64,000 bases of DNA, from positions 4,458-68,457 of the forward strand of contig JALOBE010000012.1 in NCBI GenBank assembly GCA_023228425.1, given 5' to 3'. Origin of the DNA: Syntrophales bacterium. Its GTDB lineage: Bacteria; Desulfobacterota; Syntrophia; Syntrophales; UBA2210. Below the pieces are notes generated by a model. That model saw only the letters and a list, made by a program, of their open reading frames with translations. It was not told the DNA's origin and ran no database searches. Below are positions 1 through 8,900 of the stretch, piece by piece; within the stretch, counting starts at the first letter, position 1, and every line of letters begins with the position of its first letter. The position numbers were made by a program, and so were the translations under genes.

Positions 1-645
1 GGGCGCGCTGACCAGGAATTCGTGAGAATAGCTTCCGCCTATAGCGCCGCTGTCGGCTTCGACAGCCCTGAAGGTGAGACCACAGCGTTTGAATATGCGT
101 TCATAGGCATTGTACATTTTTTTGTAGGACAGGGCGGCCCCCTGTTCATCGACATCGAAGCTGTATGCATCTTTCATGCTGAACTCACGGCTTCTCATGA
201 CACCGAAACGGGGTCTGATTTCGTCCCTGAATTTTGTCTGTATCTGGTAAAGATTCAACGGAAGCTGGCGGTAGGTCTGTATTTCGCTGCGAACGATATC
301 GGTGACCACCTCTTCATGGGTGGGCCCGATGCAGTAGTCCCGGTTGTGCCGATCCCGAAGCCTCAGGAGTTCCTTCCCATAGTGCTGCCATCGTCCCGAT
401 TCGAGCCAGAGTTCCGCCGGCTGAACGGCGGGCATGAACAGTTCCTGGGCTCCGGCGGAGTCCATCTCTTCGCGGATGATGGCCTCGATTTTTTTGATGG
501 TCCGGTAACCCAGGGGAAGGAAGGAATAAATTCCGCCGGCCAGCTTCCGTATCATCCCCGCCCGCAGCATGAGCTGGTGGCTCATCACCTCCGCGTCCGA
601 GGGAATTTCCTTGATTGTCGGTAACAGCATTTCAGAGTAGCGCAT
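1..645 (-). CDS. proS: prolyl-tRNA synthetase, N-terminal 215 codons (gene runs off the left edge)
   Basis: Reverse-complement translation from ATG 645..643 reads [47 protein letters not shown]...[20 protein letters not shown] (ProS N-terminus and class II motif 2). It is missing from the ORF track because no stop lies in the window. The 22..624 + ORF is its antisense shadow. Its ATG overlaps the ispG TAA (TAATG). Confidence 0.9.
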   Translation of the reverse strand, partial: MRYSEMLLPTIKEIPSDAEVMSHQLMLRAGMIRKLAGGIYSFLPLGYRTIKKIEAIIREEMDSAGAQELFMPAVQPAELWLESGRWQHYGKELLRLRDRHNRDYCIGPTHEEVVTDIVRSEIQTYRQLPLNLYQIQTKFRDEIRPRFGVMRSREFSMKDAYSFDVDEQGAALSYKKMYNAYERIFKRCGLTFRAVEADSGAIGGSYSHEFLVSAP

Positions 646-1757
646 TATCTCTCCTGTGTCCTATGGTTTCCTGCGGGGCCTGCGGGAGGACGGGGCTCTT
701 CCGTGACCATCCGTCGAATCTCTTCCATGAGAGCATCGACGAAATGCTCTTCCGCCACCTTCTTCACCATGGTGCCCTTCTTGAAAAGAACGCCGGAACG
801 CCGGCCTCCGGCTATGCCGATATCGGCTTCCGCCGCCTCCCCGGGACCGTTCACCACACATCCCATGAGGGCGATTTTGAGATATTCCTTCATTCCCGAG
901 AGCCTGGCCTCCACCTCCGCCACAAGGGCGGGAAGGTCTATCTCGCACCGCCCGCAGGTAGGACACGAAATGATGTCAGGCCCCCGCTTTCTGATATCCA
1001 GAGCCCTCAGAATGCCCCAGGCAACGGGCATCTCCTGCAGTGGATCACCCGTTATGGAAACACGGATCGTGTCACCGATACCTTCGCTGAGCAACACACC
1101 CAGCCCGATGGATGATTTTACGGCCGAACTCACCAGCCCCCCCGCCTCCGTCACACCCAGGTGGAGAGGGTAGTCTGTTTTCCCCGCTATCCCCCGACAG
1201 GCGGCGATCATGGTGCCGACGTCGGAGGATTTGAGAGACAGCTTGAGGGCCCCGAAACCCCTGTCTTCAAAAAAGGCAATGGTCCGCAGGGCGCTTTCAA
1301 CGAGAGCATCCGCCGTGGGGCCGCCGTGTTTCTCGAGGATGTCTTTTTGCAGGGAGCCCGCATTGATGCCGATGCGAATCACCACATTTTTCCGGCGAGC
1401 CGCTTCAATAACGGAAGCAAGGTGTTCCCTTCCCATCGTGCCGGGATTGATCCTTATGGCGTCTGCGCCACCCTCGATGGCGCGGAGGGCGAGACGGTGA
1501 TCGAAATGTATATCAGCGATGAGGGGAACCGGTGACTGCTTTCTGATGTCCGGCAAGGCATCCGCAGCTTTGCCGTCGGGGACGGCAAGGCGTACGATTT
1601 CGCATCCCGCCTCCTCGAGTCTGGCGATTTGATCCACTGTTTCGAGGATGTTGCTCGTGTTCGTGGATGTCATGGACTGGACAACGACGGGGGCATCTCC
1701 GCCCACCTGCACCGCACCGATGAAAACAGGCTTTGTTGTACGTCTCTTTACTGTCAT
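645..1757 (-). CDS. ispG: 4-hydroxy-3-methylbut-2-en-1-yl diphosphate synthase (GcpE/IspG)
   Basis: 370-aa ORF with the IspG motifs [34 protein letters not shown] and [10 protein letters not shown]. Confidence 0.95.
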   Translation of the reverse strand: MTVKRRTTKPVFIGAVQVGGDAPVVVQSMTSTNTSNILETVDQIARLEEAGCEIVRLAVPDGKAADALPDIRKQSPVPLIADIHFDHRLALRAIEGGADAIRINPGTMGREHLASVIEAARRKNVVIRIGINAGSLQKDILEKHGGPTADALVESALRTIAFFEDRGFGALKLSLKSSDVGTMIAACRGIAGKTDYPLHLGVTEAGGLVSSAVKSSIGLGVLLSEGIGDTIRVSITGDPLQEMPVAWGILRALDIRKRGPDIISCPTCGRCEIDLPALVAEVEARLSGMKEYLKIALMGCVVNGPGEAAEADIGIAGGRRSGVLFKKGTMVKKVAEEHFVDALMEEIRRMVTEEPRPPAGPAGNHRTQER

Positions 1758-1828
1758 CAGGCACTTCGCATCATTACACTTACCGTATCCAATATGCTAT
1801 AGCACGAATGAGAAAGGGTCGGCAATGG

Positions 1829-3226
1829 TTAATTCCCCGCGGACGGGGTGCCGTCGAGCGGCCCCGGGACAGGCGGCCGGGAAGAGCGGCCGGACGCGGT
1901 TGCGGTGCAAAGAGACGGGCATGTCAGCTCTTCGAGAATGAGCCGGCGGGAGGTTCTGTCCGGCATCGGTGGAAGGAACCCGCTCAACGTCGAAACGTTT
2001 CTCCCGCTCACGGCGATGATTCTTCTCAGCGCCTCGTAGAGCGGTAGAGGCTTGAAGGCCTGAACGCTCATGTACCTGATCATCTTATAGGTCTTGAGAG
2101 CGTCAAACCATCCCGAGTACTGTTTTTCCGTTACGCCTTTCCTCCCGGCATTTTCGAGCAGCCGGGGCCACACCCTGTGAAATCCTTCCCTGCGCAGAAA
2201 ATCCGGAAGCAGGACGTGAATGTGGCGCGCCCGTTCCAGAATTGTCCCGGTATCGGAAGCCGCCTGCTCTCCGAGACAGGCTATCCAGTCCTTCAAAATC
2301 CGGAACACTTCAGGGTCCCAGGCGGTCCCGAGACGTCCTCCGTGAGACGCGTATCGGGAAATCGTCCGTCCCGTGCCGAATGGAACACGCTGAGATCTCC
2401 TGGCCGAAGGATAGACCCGGGTGTTGGTTACCAGACCGATGGCACCGATCTTCGTGACCTTGTTGAGGAAGTGAAAATCTTCCCCCGCCTCACGCCTGCT
2501 CATGCCCCGCACGGCCGCGTATCCGCCGGCGGTGACGGCAATGGTTGAGCCGATGGCATGCCAGGCGTAGGGCGAACAGGCATATTCCAGTCCAAGCCGG
2601 TAGTATCGTATGAATGTTTCATACAGACAAATCGCATCATCATCCTCGTCATTCTCCCCAGGCTGGTGAAGAAATTCCACGGCCGCCGCCGTGAGATTTC
2701 GTGTTTCAAAGTTTTTCCGCACCGCTGAAATCCAGTTGTTCTCGACGATGGTGTCAGCGTCAAGGCAGAGAAGTATGCTCGGCGAGACACTCCGGTGATC
2801 GAACAGTTCAAGGGCCCGGTCCATGCCGATTTTCCGGGCCAGGCCGACACCGCCACCTCCCACAGGAAGTTCCCTGCCCGGCGACGAGGCATCGACATAG
2901 CCGATTGATAGGCCGCCGGCGGCCCCGGGATGCGTCTTTTCCATCACCAGGCGCCGCAGGACGGCAAGGGTTTTTTCGTTGTCTTTCCGGTCACGGGGCC
3001 TGGCGATACCGGGAAGACCGTTATTGACGACGCAGATCACCATGGTTTCAGCCAGGCTCCGCGCGTCATTTTGCGCAATGCTCTCCAGAGTTCTGAAAAG
3101 ATGGGCCGACTCGGCAAGGACGGGAATCACGACGGCCGCGCGGACTGTCGTGGGCTGTGCCCCTGAAAGGCTCCATCGGCAGTCACAGCCGTACCTGCTC
3201 AAGTACGTGTTTATTCCCTCCGCCAT
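1829..3226 (-). CDS. GT-A fold (family 2-like) glycosyltransferase with ~170-aa C-terminal extension, substrate unknown
   Basis: 465-aa ORF. N-terminus AAVVIPVLAESAHLFRTLESIAQN, GVGLARKIGMD, DxD-type LCLDADT, and GGYAAVRGMSRREAGEDFHFLNK resemble GT2 signatures. Its start overlaps the miaA stop by 16 nt. Confidence 0.6.
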   Translation of the reverse strand: MAEGINTYLSRYGCDCRWSLSGAQPTTVRAAVVIPVLAESAHLFRTLESIAQNDARSLAETMVICVVNNGLPGIARPRDRKDNEKTLAVLRRLVMEKTHPGAAGGLSIGYVDASSPGRELPVGGGGVGLARKIGMDRALELFDHRSVSPSILLCLDADTIVENNWISAVRKNFETRNLTAAAVEFLHQPGENDEDDDAICLYETFIRYYRLGLEYACSPYAWHAIGSTIAVTAGGYAAVRGMSRREAGEDFHFLNKVTKIGAIGLVTNTRVYPSARRSQRVPFGTGRTISRYASHGGRLGTAWDPEVFRILKDWIACLGEQAASDTGTILERARHIHVLLPDFLRREGFHRVWPRLLENAGRKGVTEKQYSGWFDALKTYKMIRYMSVQAFKPLPLYEALRRIIAVSGRNVSTLSGFLPPMPDRTSRRLILEELTCPSLCTATASGRSSRPPVPGPLDGTPSAGN

Positions 3227-4182
3227 AGGCTGTGGCCCCCCTGGGCATCGACCAGGCTTCTCAGGCTATCGAAGTCACCCCGGTCTATCCAGTGAATTAC
3301 GGTACCCCTCCGTTCCATCCGCCGGAACCAGGTCTCCTGCCGTTTGGCAAACTGACCGATGCGGATGGCGAGAATTTCGATCATTTTTTCCCGCGAGAGT
3401 TCCCCCCGAAGGTGTCGGGCGATGTATCGATATTCAAGACCGAAAGAGTCAAGACGCTGCCAGCTCAGCCCCGCGGCGTGCAGGTCCCTGACTTCGTCTA
3501 TCATCCCCTTCTCTATGCGCTCCAGCAGACGTCTCCGGATCAGGTCCCGTAACCGGCTTCGTTCCACTCGTATGCCGATCACGCACGGAATGACGCAGGG
3601 CTTCGGGGCTCGGTCGGCCTCGGCTGACTCCCTGCGTTTTTCCTCGATAATGATGGCCCGGGCGAGCCTGGTCGCATCTAGGACATCGGTTGTATTGTGG
3701 GGCGTTCCTCTGAGCTCAAGATACCGTCGTCTCAGGCTCCGGAGATCCCGGTCCGGAAGCTCATCGAGACGCTTCAGCCCCTCTGAATCAAAGGCGGCGG
3801 GAAGATCGTAGCCTTTCGTCACAGCCTCGATATACAGGCCCGTTCCTCCCACCATAAGGGGGAAGGCCCCGCGGTTTTTGATGTCCGAGAAAACCCGGTA
3901 GAATGCCTGCTGAAATTCGAAAAGGTTGAATTCATGGTGAGGATCAACGATGTCGATCATATGACAGTGAACCGGTGTGCCTCCCCCGGTGAACTGCTCC
4001 AGGTCCTTTCCTGTCCCGAGATCCATGCCGCAGTAAACCTGCCGGGAATCGGCCGAGATGATTTCAACGGTCGTTCCGTGCAGGGCCTCGATGTGCCGGG
4101 CGAGCCTGACGGCCAGAGCTGTTTTGCCCGACGCCGTCGGTCCCAGAAGAACCATGAGGTTGAAGGGAGGTTCGTCATACAT
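3211..4182 (-). CDS. miaA: tRNA dimethylallyltransferase
   Basis: P-loop LLGPTASGKTALAVRLA, then ISADSRQVYCGMDLGTGK; length 323 aa. Confidence 0.95.
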   Translation of the reverse strand: MYDEPPFNLMVLLGPTASGKTALAVRLARHIEALHGTTVEIISADSRQVYCGMDLGTGKDLEQFTGGGTPVHCHMIDIVDPHHEFNLFEFQQAFYRVFSDIKNRGAFPLMVGGTGLYIEAVTKGYDLPAAFDSEGLKRLDELPDRDLRSLRRRYLELRGTPHNTTDVLDATRLARAIIIEEKRRESAEADRAPKPCVIPCVIGIRVERSRLRDLIRRRLLERIEKGMIDEVRDLHAAGLSWQRLDSFGLEYRYIARHLRGELSREKMIEILAIRIGQFAKRQETWFRRMERRGTVIHWIDRGDFDSLRSLVDAQGGHSLWRRE

Positions 4183-4228
4183 GACAGGCAGAGTCCATCG
4201 CTGTGAGGGGACCCGTACTCTTCAGAGC

Positions 4229-5473
4229 CTAATCCAGCAGGTGAACAAAGAGGCCGCTTTTCAGCTTCGGCTCGAACCAGGTTGACTTCGGCGGCATGAT
4301 CTGTCCCTTGTCGGACACAGCCATGAGCGAGTCCATATCCGTCGGGTAGAGTGAAAAAGCGACTGCGTAGAGGTCCGCGTCGACAAGGCGCTCCAGTTCT
4401 CCGGTTCCTCTGATGCCGCCGACAAAATCGATCCGTTCGTCACCCCTCATATCGGTTACGCCCAGTATGGGGGCAATCAACCGGTCCTGCAGAACGGACA
4501 CGTCGAGAGAGGACACAATGTCATTATTCCCGCACCCTTCACCTGTCGGGGACAGGCGGAACCACTGTCCTCCCAGATACATGCCGAAGACACCCCGCTC
4601 CGGAGCGGGGGCGTTTCTCTCCAGCGGTTCCAGCAGAAACCGGTCGGACAGACGGTCGAGAAATGCCTCTTTCCCCATGCCCGCGAGATCGCGGACGACG
4701 CGGTTGTAGGGAAGAATGCGCAACTGTCTGTGGGAAAACAAGACCGCCATGATGCGGTTGTATTCTTCCGCTCCTGTGTGGGCCGGATTCGCCTGCCTCC
4801 GGATTTCGGCCACGCGGTTTGCCGCTGCCGCCCGATGGTGGCCGTCGGCTATGTACAAAGAATCGATTTTCTCGAAGGCATCGGCGATACGGTCCATGGT
4901 TCGTGCGTCCCGCACAATCCACGCGGAGTGGAAGGTCCGGTCATCGGCCCGGAAGGCATACTCGGGCTGTTGCCGGGACGTGATCCCGTCAATGATGGAG
5001 TCAACAGAGCCGTTGTCGCGGTATGCAAGAAATACCGGTCCCGTCTGCGCGTTCAGCCGGTCGATGTGCCGGGTCCGGTCTGTTTCCTTATCCGACCTGG
5101 TAAGCTCATGGCGCTTGATTCTTCCGGAACGGTAGTCTTCGGATTCAAAGCAGGCCACGATGCCGGTCTGGACATGGCTGTCCGCCTGCTGGCGGTACAG
5201 GTAGAAACAGGGAGTCTCATCCTGTATCATGACGCCCTCCCGCACCATCGCCTGCAGCGCATCACAGGCGGACTGGTACACCCGGGGGTCGGGCGGGTCT
5301 ATGGCATCGGGAAGATTGATCTCAGACCTCTCAATCTTGAGAAAGCTGAGGGGGTTCGCCCCCGCGATGAGCCGGGCCTCTTCACGGCTCATAACATCAT
5401 AGGCATCGGAAGCCACTCCGGAGGCACGGTCCGGTACCGGTCTCAACGCTCTGAAAGGCCACAACGTGGTCAT
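4229..5473 (-). CDS. DUF1015 family protein (function unknown)
   Basis: ORF 4229..5512. I prefer the ATG at 5473 (MTTLWPFRALRP...) because GGAGAA lies 6 nt upstream, while the ATG at 5512 has no SD. The N-terminal PFRALRP and overall size match my recollection of DUF1015. Confidence 0.7.
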   Translation of the reverse strand: MTTLWPFRALRPVPDRASGVASDAYDVMSREEARLIAGANPLSFLKIERSEINLPDAIDPPDPRVYQSACDALQAMVREGVMIQDETPCFYLYRQQADSHVQTGIVACFESEDYRSGRIKRHELTRSDKETDRTRHIDRLNAQTGPVFLAYRDNGSVDSIIDGITSRQQPEYAFRADDRTFHSAWIVRDARTMDRIADAFEKIDSLYIADGHHRAAAANRVAEIRRQANPAHTGAEEYNRIMAVLFSHRQLRILPYNRVVRDLAGMGKEAFLDRLSDRFLLEPLERNAPAPERGVFGMYLGGQWFRLSPTGEGCGNNDIVSSLDVSVLQDRLIAPILGVTDMRGDERIDFVGGIRGTGELERLVDADLYAVAFSLYPTDMDSLMAVSDKGQIMPPKSTWFEPKLKSGLFVHLLD

Positions 5474-5673
5474 GGGATTCTCCGTCTCAGTGAATAACGA
5501 TAGGGCATTCATCTAGCACATGTGTCACTGAAAGATCAATCTCATTGCCGTCCGGCGCCGATGGCTGACACAGTGATTTCTTGCAATATGCCATCGGCAA
5601 TAGTAAAAGGTTCTCCGGGGAGCGTCCCCTCCCCCTGATGATCAGCGGGACAAAAGCCACAAGGACGAAGAAA

Positions 5674-6171
5674 ATGATGAACGAAGACGGCCTGACACGG
5701 GTGTTTATTCACGGACTTGAAAGTTCAGGCGGCGGAACGAAAGGGGTATTCTTCAAGGAACGATACCCCGGCATGATTATCCGGGATTACAGGGGAAGTC
5801 TCGAGGAGAGAATGGGCGCGCTTCGGTCTCTCCTTGCGGGGAAAAAGGGTCTGGTACTGGTGGGTTCCAGCTATGGCGGTCTCATGGCTGCCCTGTATGC
5901 TTGCGCAAACCCCCAGGCGATCCACAAGCTGATTCTGCTTGCGCCGGCACTCGCCCTGGATGAGTTCAGGGAACAGTGCCGCGGGCCTCTGGACTTCCCC
6001 GTGGTGGTGTATCACGGAAGCAATGACGACGTGGTCCTCATCGAGCCTGTTCGGAAGATCGCCGCGGACCGGTTCAGGAATCTCGAATACAATGTGATCG
6101 ACGATGACCATTCCTTAAGAAGCCGGTTCAAACTACTGGATTGGGACCGTCTCTTGTGCTATGAAGATTAA
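5674..6171 (+). CDS. small alpha/beta-hydrolase (YqiA/UPF0227-like esterase)
   Basis: VFIHGLESSGGG, nucleophile elbow LVGSSYGGLMA, late DDDH. Start taken at the ATG with AGGA upstream (MMNEDGL...); the track ORF begins at 5581. Confidence 0.65.
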   Translation: MMNEDGLTRVFIHGLESSGGGTKGVFFKERYPGMIIRDYRGSLEERMGALRSLLAGKKGLVLVGSSYGGLMAALYACANPQAIHKLILLAPALALDEFREQCRGPLDFPVVVYHGSNDDVVLIEPVRKIAADRFRNLEYNVIDDDHSLRSRFKLLDWDRLLCYED

Positions 6172-6184
6172 CCAGGAAGGTCAA

Positions 6185-6634
6185 ATGGTTAGGTCGGGAG
6201 AGGAACAGCATTCCGTGGAAGAACACTATTCTCAGAAGATCGTCATCCGCTACACGGCCGACATTGTCGACAAGCCGCTGGTGTGCCGTCTTGCCAGAGA
6301 TTTCGATCTCGATTTTAACATTCTCCATGCCCGGGTCCTGCCCAAACGGGAGGGCGTCCTGGCCCTGGATCTCTCCGGCAAGAAGGATGACTTTTACCGG
6401 GGCATTGCCTTCCTGAAAGAATCAGGACTCAAGGTTGAACTGCTTTCAAAGAGTGTAACCCACAATGAGGAGCGCTGTGTCCACTGTGGGGCCTGCCGGG
6501 CGTTCTGTTCCACCGGTGCCCTTCACCAGGATCCGGTTTCCATGAAAACTCTTTTTGATCCGGCCAAATGCAGTGGCTGTTCCGTCTGCGTCAAGGCCTG
6601 CCCTGCCCGGGCCATGGTCATCAATCTTATCTGA
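6185..6634 (+). CDS. NIL-domain / 2x[4Fe-4S] ferredoxin fusion protein
   Basis: N-terminal IVIRYTADIVDKPLVCRLARDFDLDFNILHARV (NIL-type), then CVHCGACRAFC and CSGCSVCVKAC. ATG 6185 is preceded by GGAAGG. Confidence 0.75.
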   Translation: MVRSGEEQHSVEEHYSQKIVIRYTADIVDKPLVCRLARDFDLDFNILHARVLPKREGVLALDLSGKKDDFYRGIAFLKESGLKVELLSKSVTHNEERCVHCGACRAFCSTGALHQDPVSMKTLFDPAKCSGCSVCVKACPARAMVINLI

Positions 6635-6644
6635 ACATCTGTTG

Positions 6645-6983
6645 TTACTCGCCATGGGAACCGGACAGCAACTCTTTTCCCTTCTCGATCATCCGTTCCA
6701 CCATCCCGGTGACGCCCTTCCCCCTGTCAAGCGCTTCACGTCCTTTATCGAACACATCGCCGCTTCGTTCACGAATCTCCGAAATATTGGTTTTTACACG
6801 GTCTGGAAATTCCTCCGGGGCCCTGTAATAGGAATACCCCATGAGGATGACAAACACGGCAAGGGAGATAAGGGCGTATTTCAGGATCTTCTTCATCAGA
6901 AAATAGAGGACGACGATCGCCGAGAGAACGATGAGTCCCGCGATGACGGGGTTGTCTGCGAGATATCGCGTCAGGGCTTCCAC
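6645..6983 (-). CDS. small membrane protein, unknown function
   Basis: 112-aa ORF with a GTG start preceded by GGAGAAGGAG. Two hydrophobic helices (VIAGLIVLSAIVVLYFL; YALISLAVFVILMGYSY) followed by a charged tail. Confidence 0.55.
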   Translation of the reverse strand: MEALTRYLADNPVIAGLIVLSAIVVLYFLMKKILKYALISLAVFVILMGYSYYRAPEEFPDRVKTNISEIRERSGDVFDKGREALDRGKGVTGMVERMIEKGKELLSGSHGE

Positions 6984-7148
6984 GGGCGGACTCCTTCTCC
7001 AGGCCGACAGTACTCGGATACGGGAGAATGTATATCAAAGGAACCGCGATTACAAGCATATCTGATAGAAACGGTGCCGCCTTGAAAAAAAAGCGCCCGT
7101 GCATTACAAGCTGAAGTGTATTCTTCAGGAAACAGGAACGGACACGAT

Positions 7149-8900
7149 ATGCCGGGCTGGCGCGGCGCCATTCTGAACATCGACCTGTCATCGAGGGCAG
7201 TTTCTCGGGAAGTTCCCGATGCCGAGCTGTTGCAGCACTGCATCGGCGGTCGCGGCCTCGCGGGATTTTTCCTGGAAGACCGGTGTACCCTTCCCTGGGA
7301 TGATCCCGCCATGCCGATTCTTCTATTCACCGGTCCCCTGGTCGATACGCCATCCCCCACATCAGGACGGATGACGATCATGTCGCGGTCTCCCCTCACG
7401 GGGACCATGGCTGACGCTTCGGTGGGAGGCTCCCTGGGAACCATGATCAAGAGGGCCGGCTGGGACGGCATCATTATTACCGGTAAGGGTAACGACCTCA
7501 CAGGAATTGAGATCGATAACGGTGAGGTGACCTTCACCGACGCGGGACACCTGGCGGGCCTCGCCACGGGAGATATCACCGCCCGGCTGCGTCACAGGGG
7601 TTCGGTTCTTGCCTTGGGACCCGCCGCTGAAAAAGGCGTTCGTTTCGCCAGTGCAATCATCGATGGCCATTACGCGGCTGGTCGGAACGGCATCGGCCTG
7701 TGCTTTGCCGCCAAGAACATCAAATACATCACCGTTAGAGGAGAAAGCCGCACGGACATCCATGACCGGGCCGAGTTGAAACGCGCCTGTGAGGACATCC
7801 ATCGCCTTGTTGCCGCCTCGCCGGCCCTTATGGGCGAGTTGGGAATAGGCTCTTTCGGGACGCCCGCGCTCTACGATCTCATGCACGCCCGGGCCATAAT
7901 GCCCACGAACAATTTTACCGAGACATTCTTCCCTCCGGCCCCGGAGCTGAACGCCTTTGCCGTCAGGAACGCCTATTCTCCCCGCACAGCGGCCTGCCGG
8001 GGATGCCATATCGGATGTAAAAAGGTGTCCTCCCGCGGCGAGGCCCTGCCGGAGTTCGAAACACTTTCGCATTTCAGCGCTCTTCTGGGCAACAGCGACC
8101 TGGCTTCGGTCGTTGAGGCAAACCGTCTCTGCAACGAACTGGGCATGGACACCATATCCACGGCGGCTACCCTGGCCTGTTACGCCGAGATTGAAGACCG
8201 GAAACTCGCCCCTGAGGATATTCTGGGCCTTGTTCGTGATATCGGTACCGGCCGCGGAATCGGCGCAGAACTGAGCAGCGGTTCGAAACGCTATGCCTCT
8301 CGAAAGGGCAGACCCGAATCCTCCATGTCCGTGAAGATGCAGGAACTGCCCGCCTATGACCCCCGGGGGGCCGTCGGTATGGCCCTCGCCTATGCGGTAT
8401 CGACCCGGGGAGGCTGCCACCTGCGGGCCTACCCTGTGGCTCATGAGATTCTTCGTAAACCGGTGGCAACGGACCGTTTCAGCTTCAGCGGCAAGGCCCG
8501 CGTCATAAAACTGTCGGAAGACCAAAACGCCGCCGTCGATTCCCTCACGGCCTGTCGTTTTGTGTTCTTCAGCGCCACACTTGTGGAATATTCCCGGGCA
8601 TTCAGGGCGGTGACAGGCCTGGATCTGACCGCGCAGGACCTGCTGACTGCGGGAGAACGGATATGCTACCGGGAACGTATCATGAACGCCCGCAACGGCT
8701 TTACCGTCGAGGATGACGATCTTCCGGAAAGATTTTTCCGCGAGCAGGGATCCCCCGTCAGGGACATAACCATCCCTCCCCTGGACCGTCAGGCCTTTCT
8801 TCAGGCCCGCTCGAACTACTATATCATCCGCGGCCTTGACGAGTCGGGATTGCCCACAGCCAAAAAAGCGGGGGAGTTGGGACTCTCATGGAAGCAATGA
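7149..8900 (+). CDS. aldehyde:ferredoxin oxidoreductase family (tungstopterin) enzyme
   Basis: MPGWRGAILNIDLS... N-terminus, [4Fe-4S] motif ACRGCHIGC plus TACRF, and pterin-region STRGGCHLRAYP; about 583 aa. Confidence 0.85.
   Translation: MPGWRGAILNIDLSSRAVSREVPDAELLQHCIGGRGLAGFFLEDRCTLPWDDPAMPILLFTGPLVDTPSPTSGRMTIMSRSPLTGTMADASVGGSLGTMIKRAGWDGIIITGKGNDLTGIEIDNGEVTFTDAGHLAGLATGDITARLRHRGSVLALGPAAEKGVRFASAIIDGHYAAGRNGIGLCFAAKNIKYITVRGESRTDIHDRAELKRACEDIHRLVAASPALMGELGIGSFGTPALYDLMHARAIMPTNNFTETFFPPAPELNAFAVRNAYSPRTAACRGCHIGCKKVSSRGEALPEFETLSHFSALLGNSDLASVVEANRLCNELGMDTISTAATLACYAEIEDRKLAPEDILGLVRDIGTGRGIGAELSSGSKRYASRKGRPESSMSVKMQELPAYDPRGAVGMALAYAVSTRGGCHLRAYPVAHEILRKPVATDRFSFSGKARVIKLSEDQNAAVDSLTACRFVFFSATLVEYSRAFRAVTGLDLTAQDLLTAGERICYRERIMNARNGFTVEDDDLPERFFREQGSPVRDITIPPLDRQAFLQARSNYYIIRGLDESGLPTAKKAGELGLSWKQ

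Noticed and set aside
22-624. 200-aa plus-strand ORF at the left edge
   Set aside because: It is the antisense shadow of proS. The minus-strand translation gives an unmistakable ProS N-terminus, and the plus-strand product has no recognisable features.
7362-8525. 387-aa minus-strand ORF inside the AOR gene. Similar long antisense ORFs occur at 9940..10662, 17161..17907, 22628..23380, 47160..48020 and 53490..54242.
   Set aside because: These are typical GC-rich shadow ORFs opposite well-supported genes. They have Arg/Gly/Pro-rich low-complexity products and no SD or motifs.
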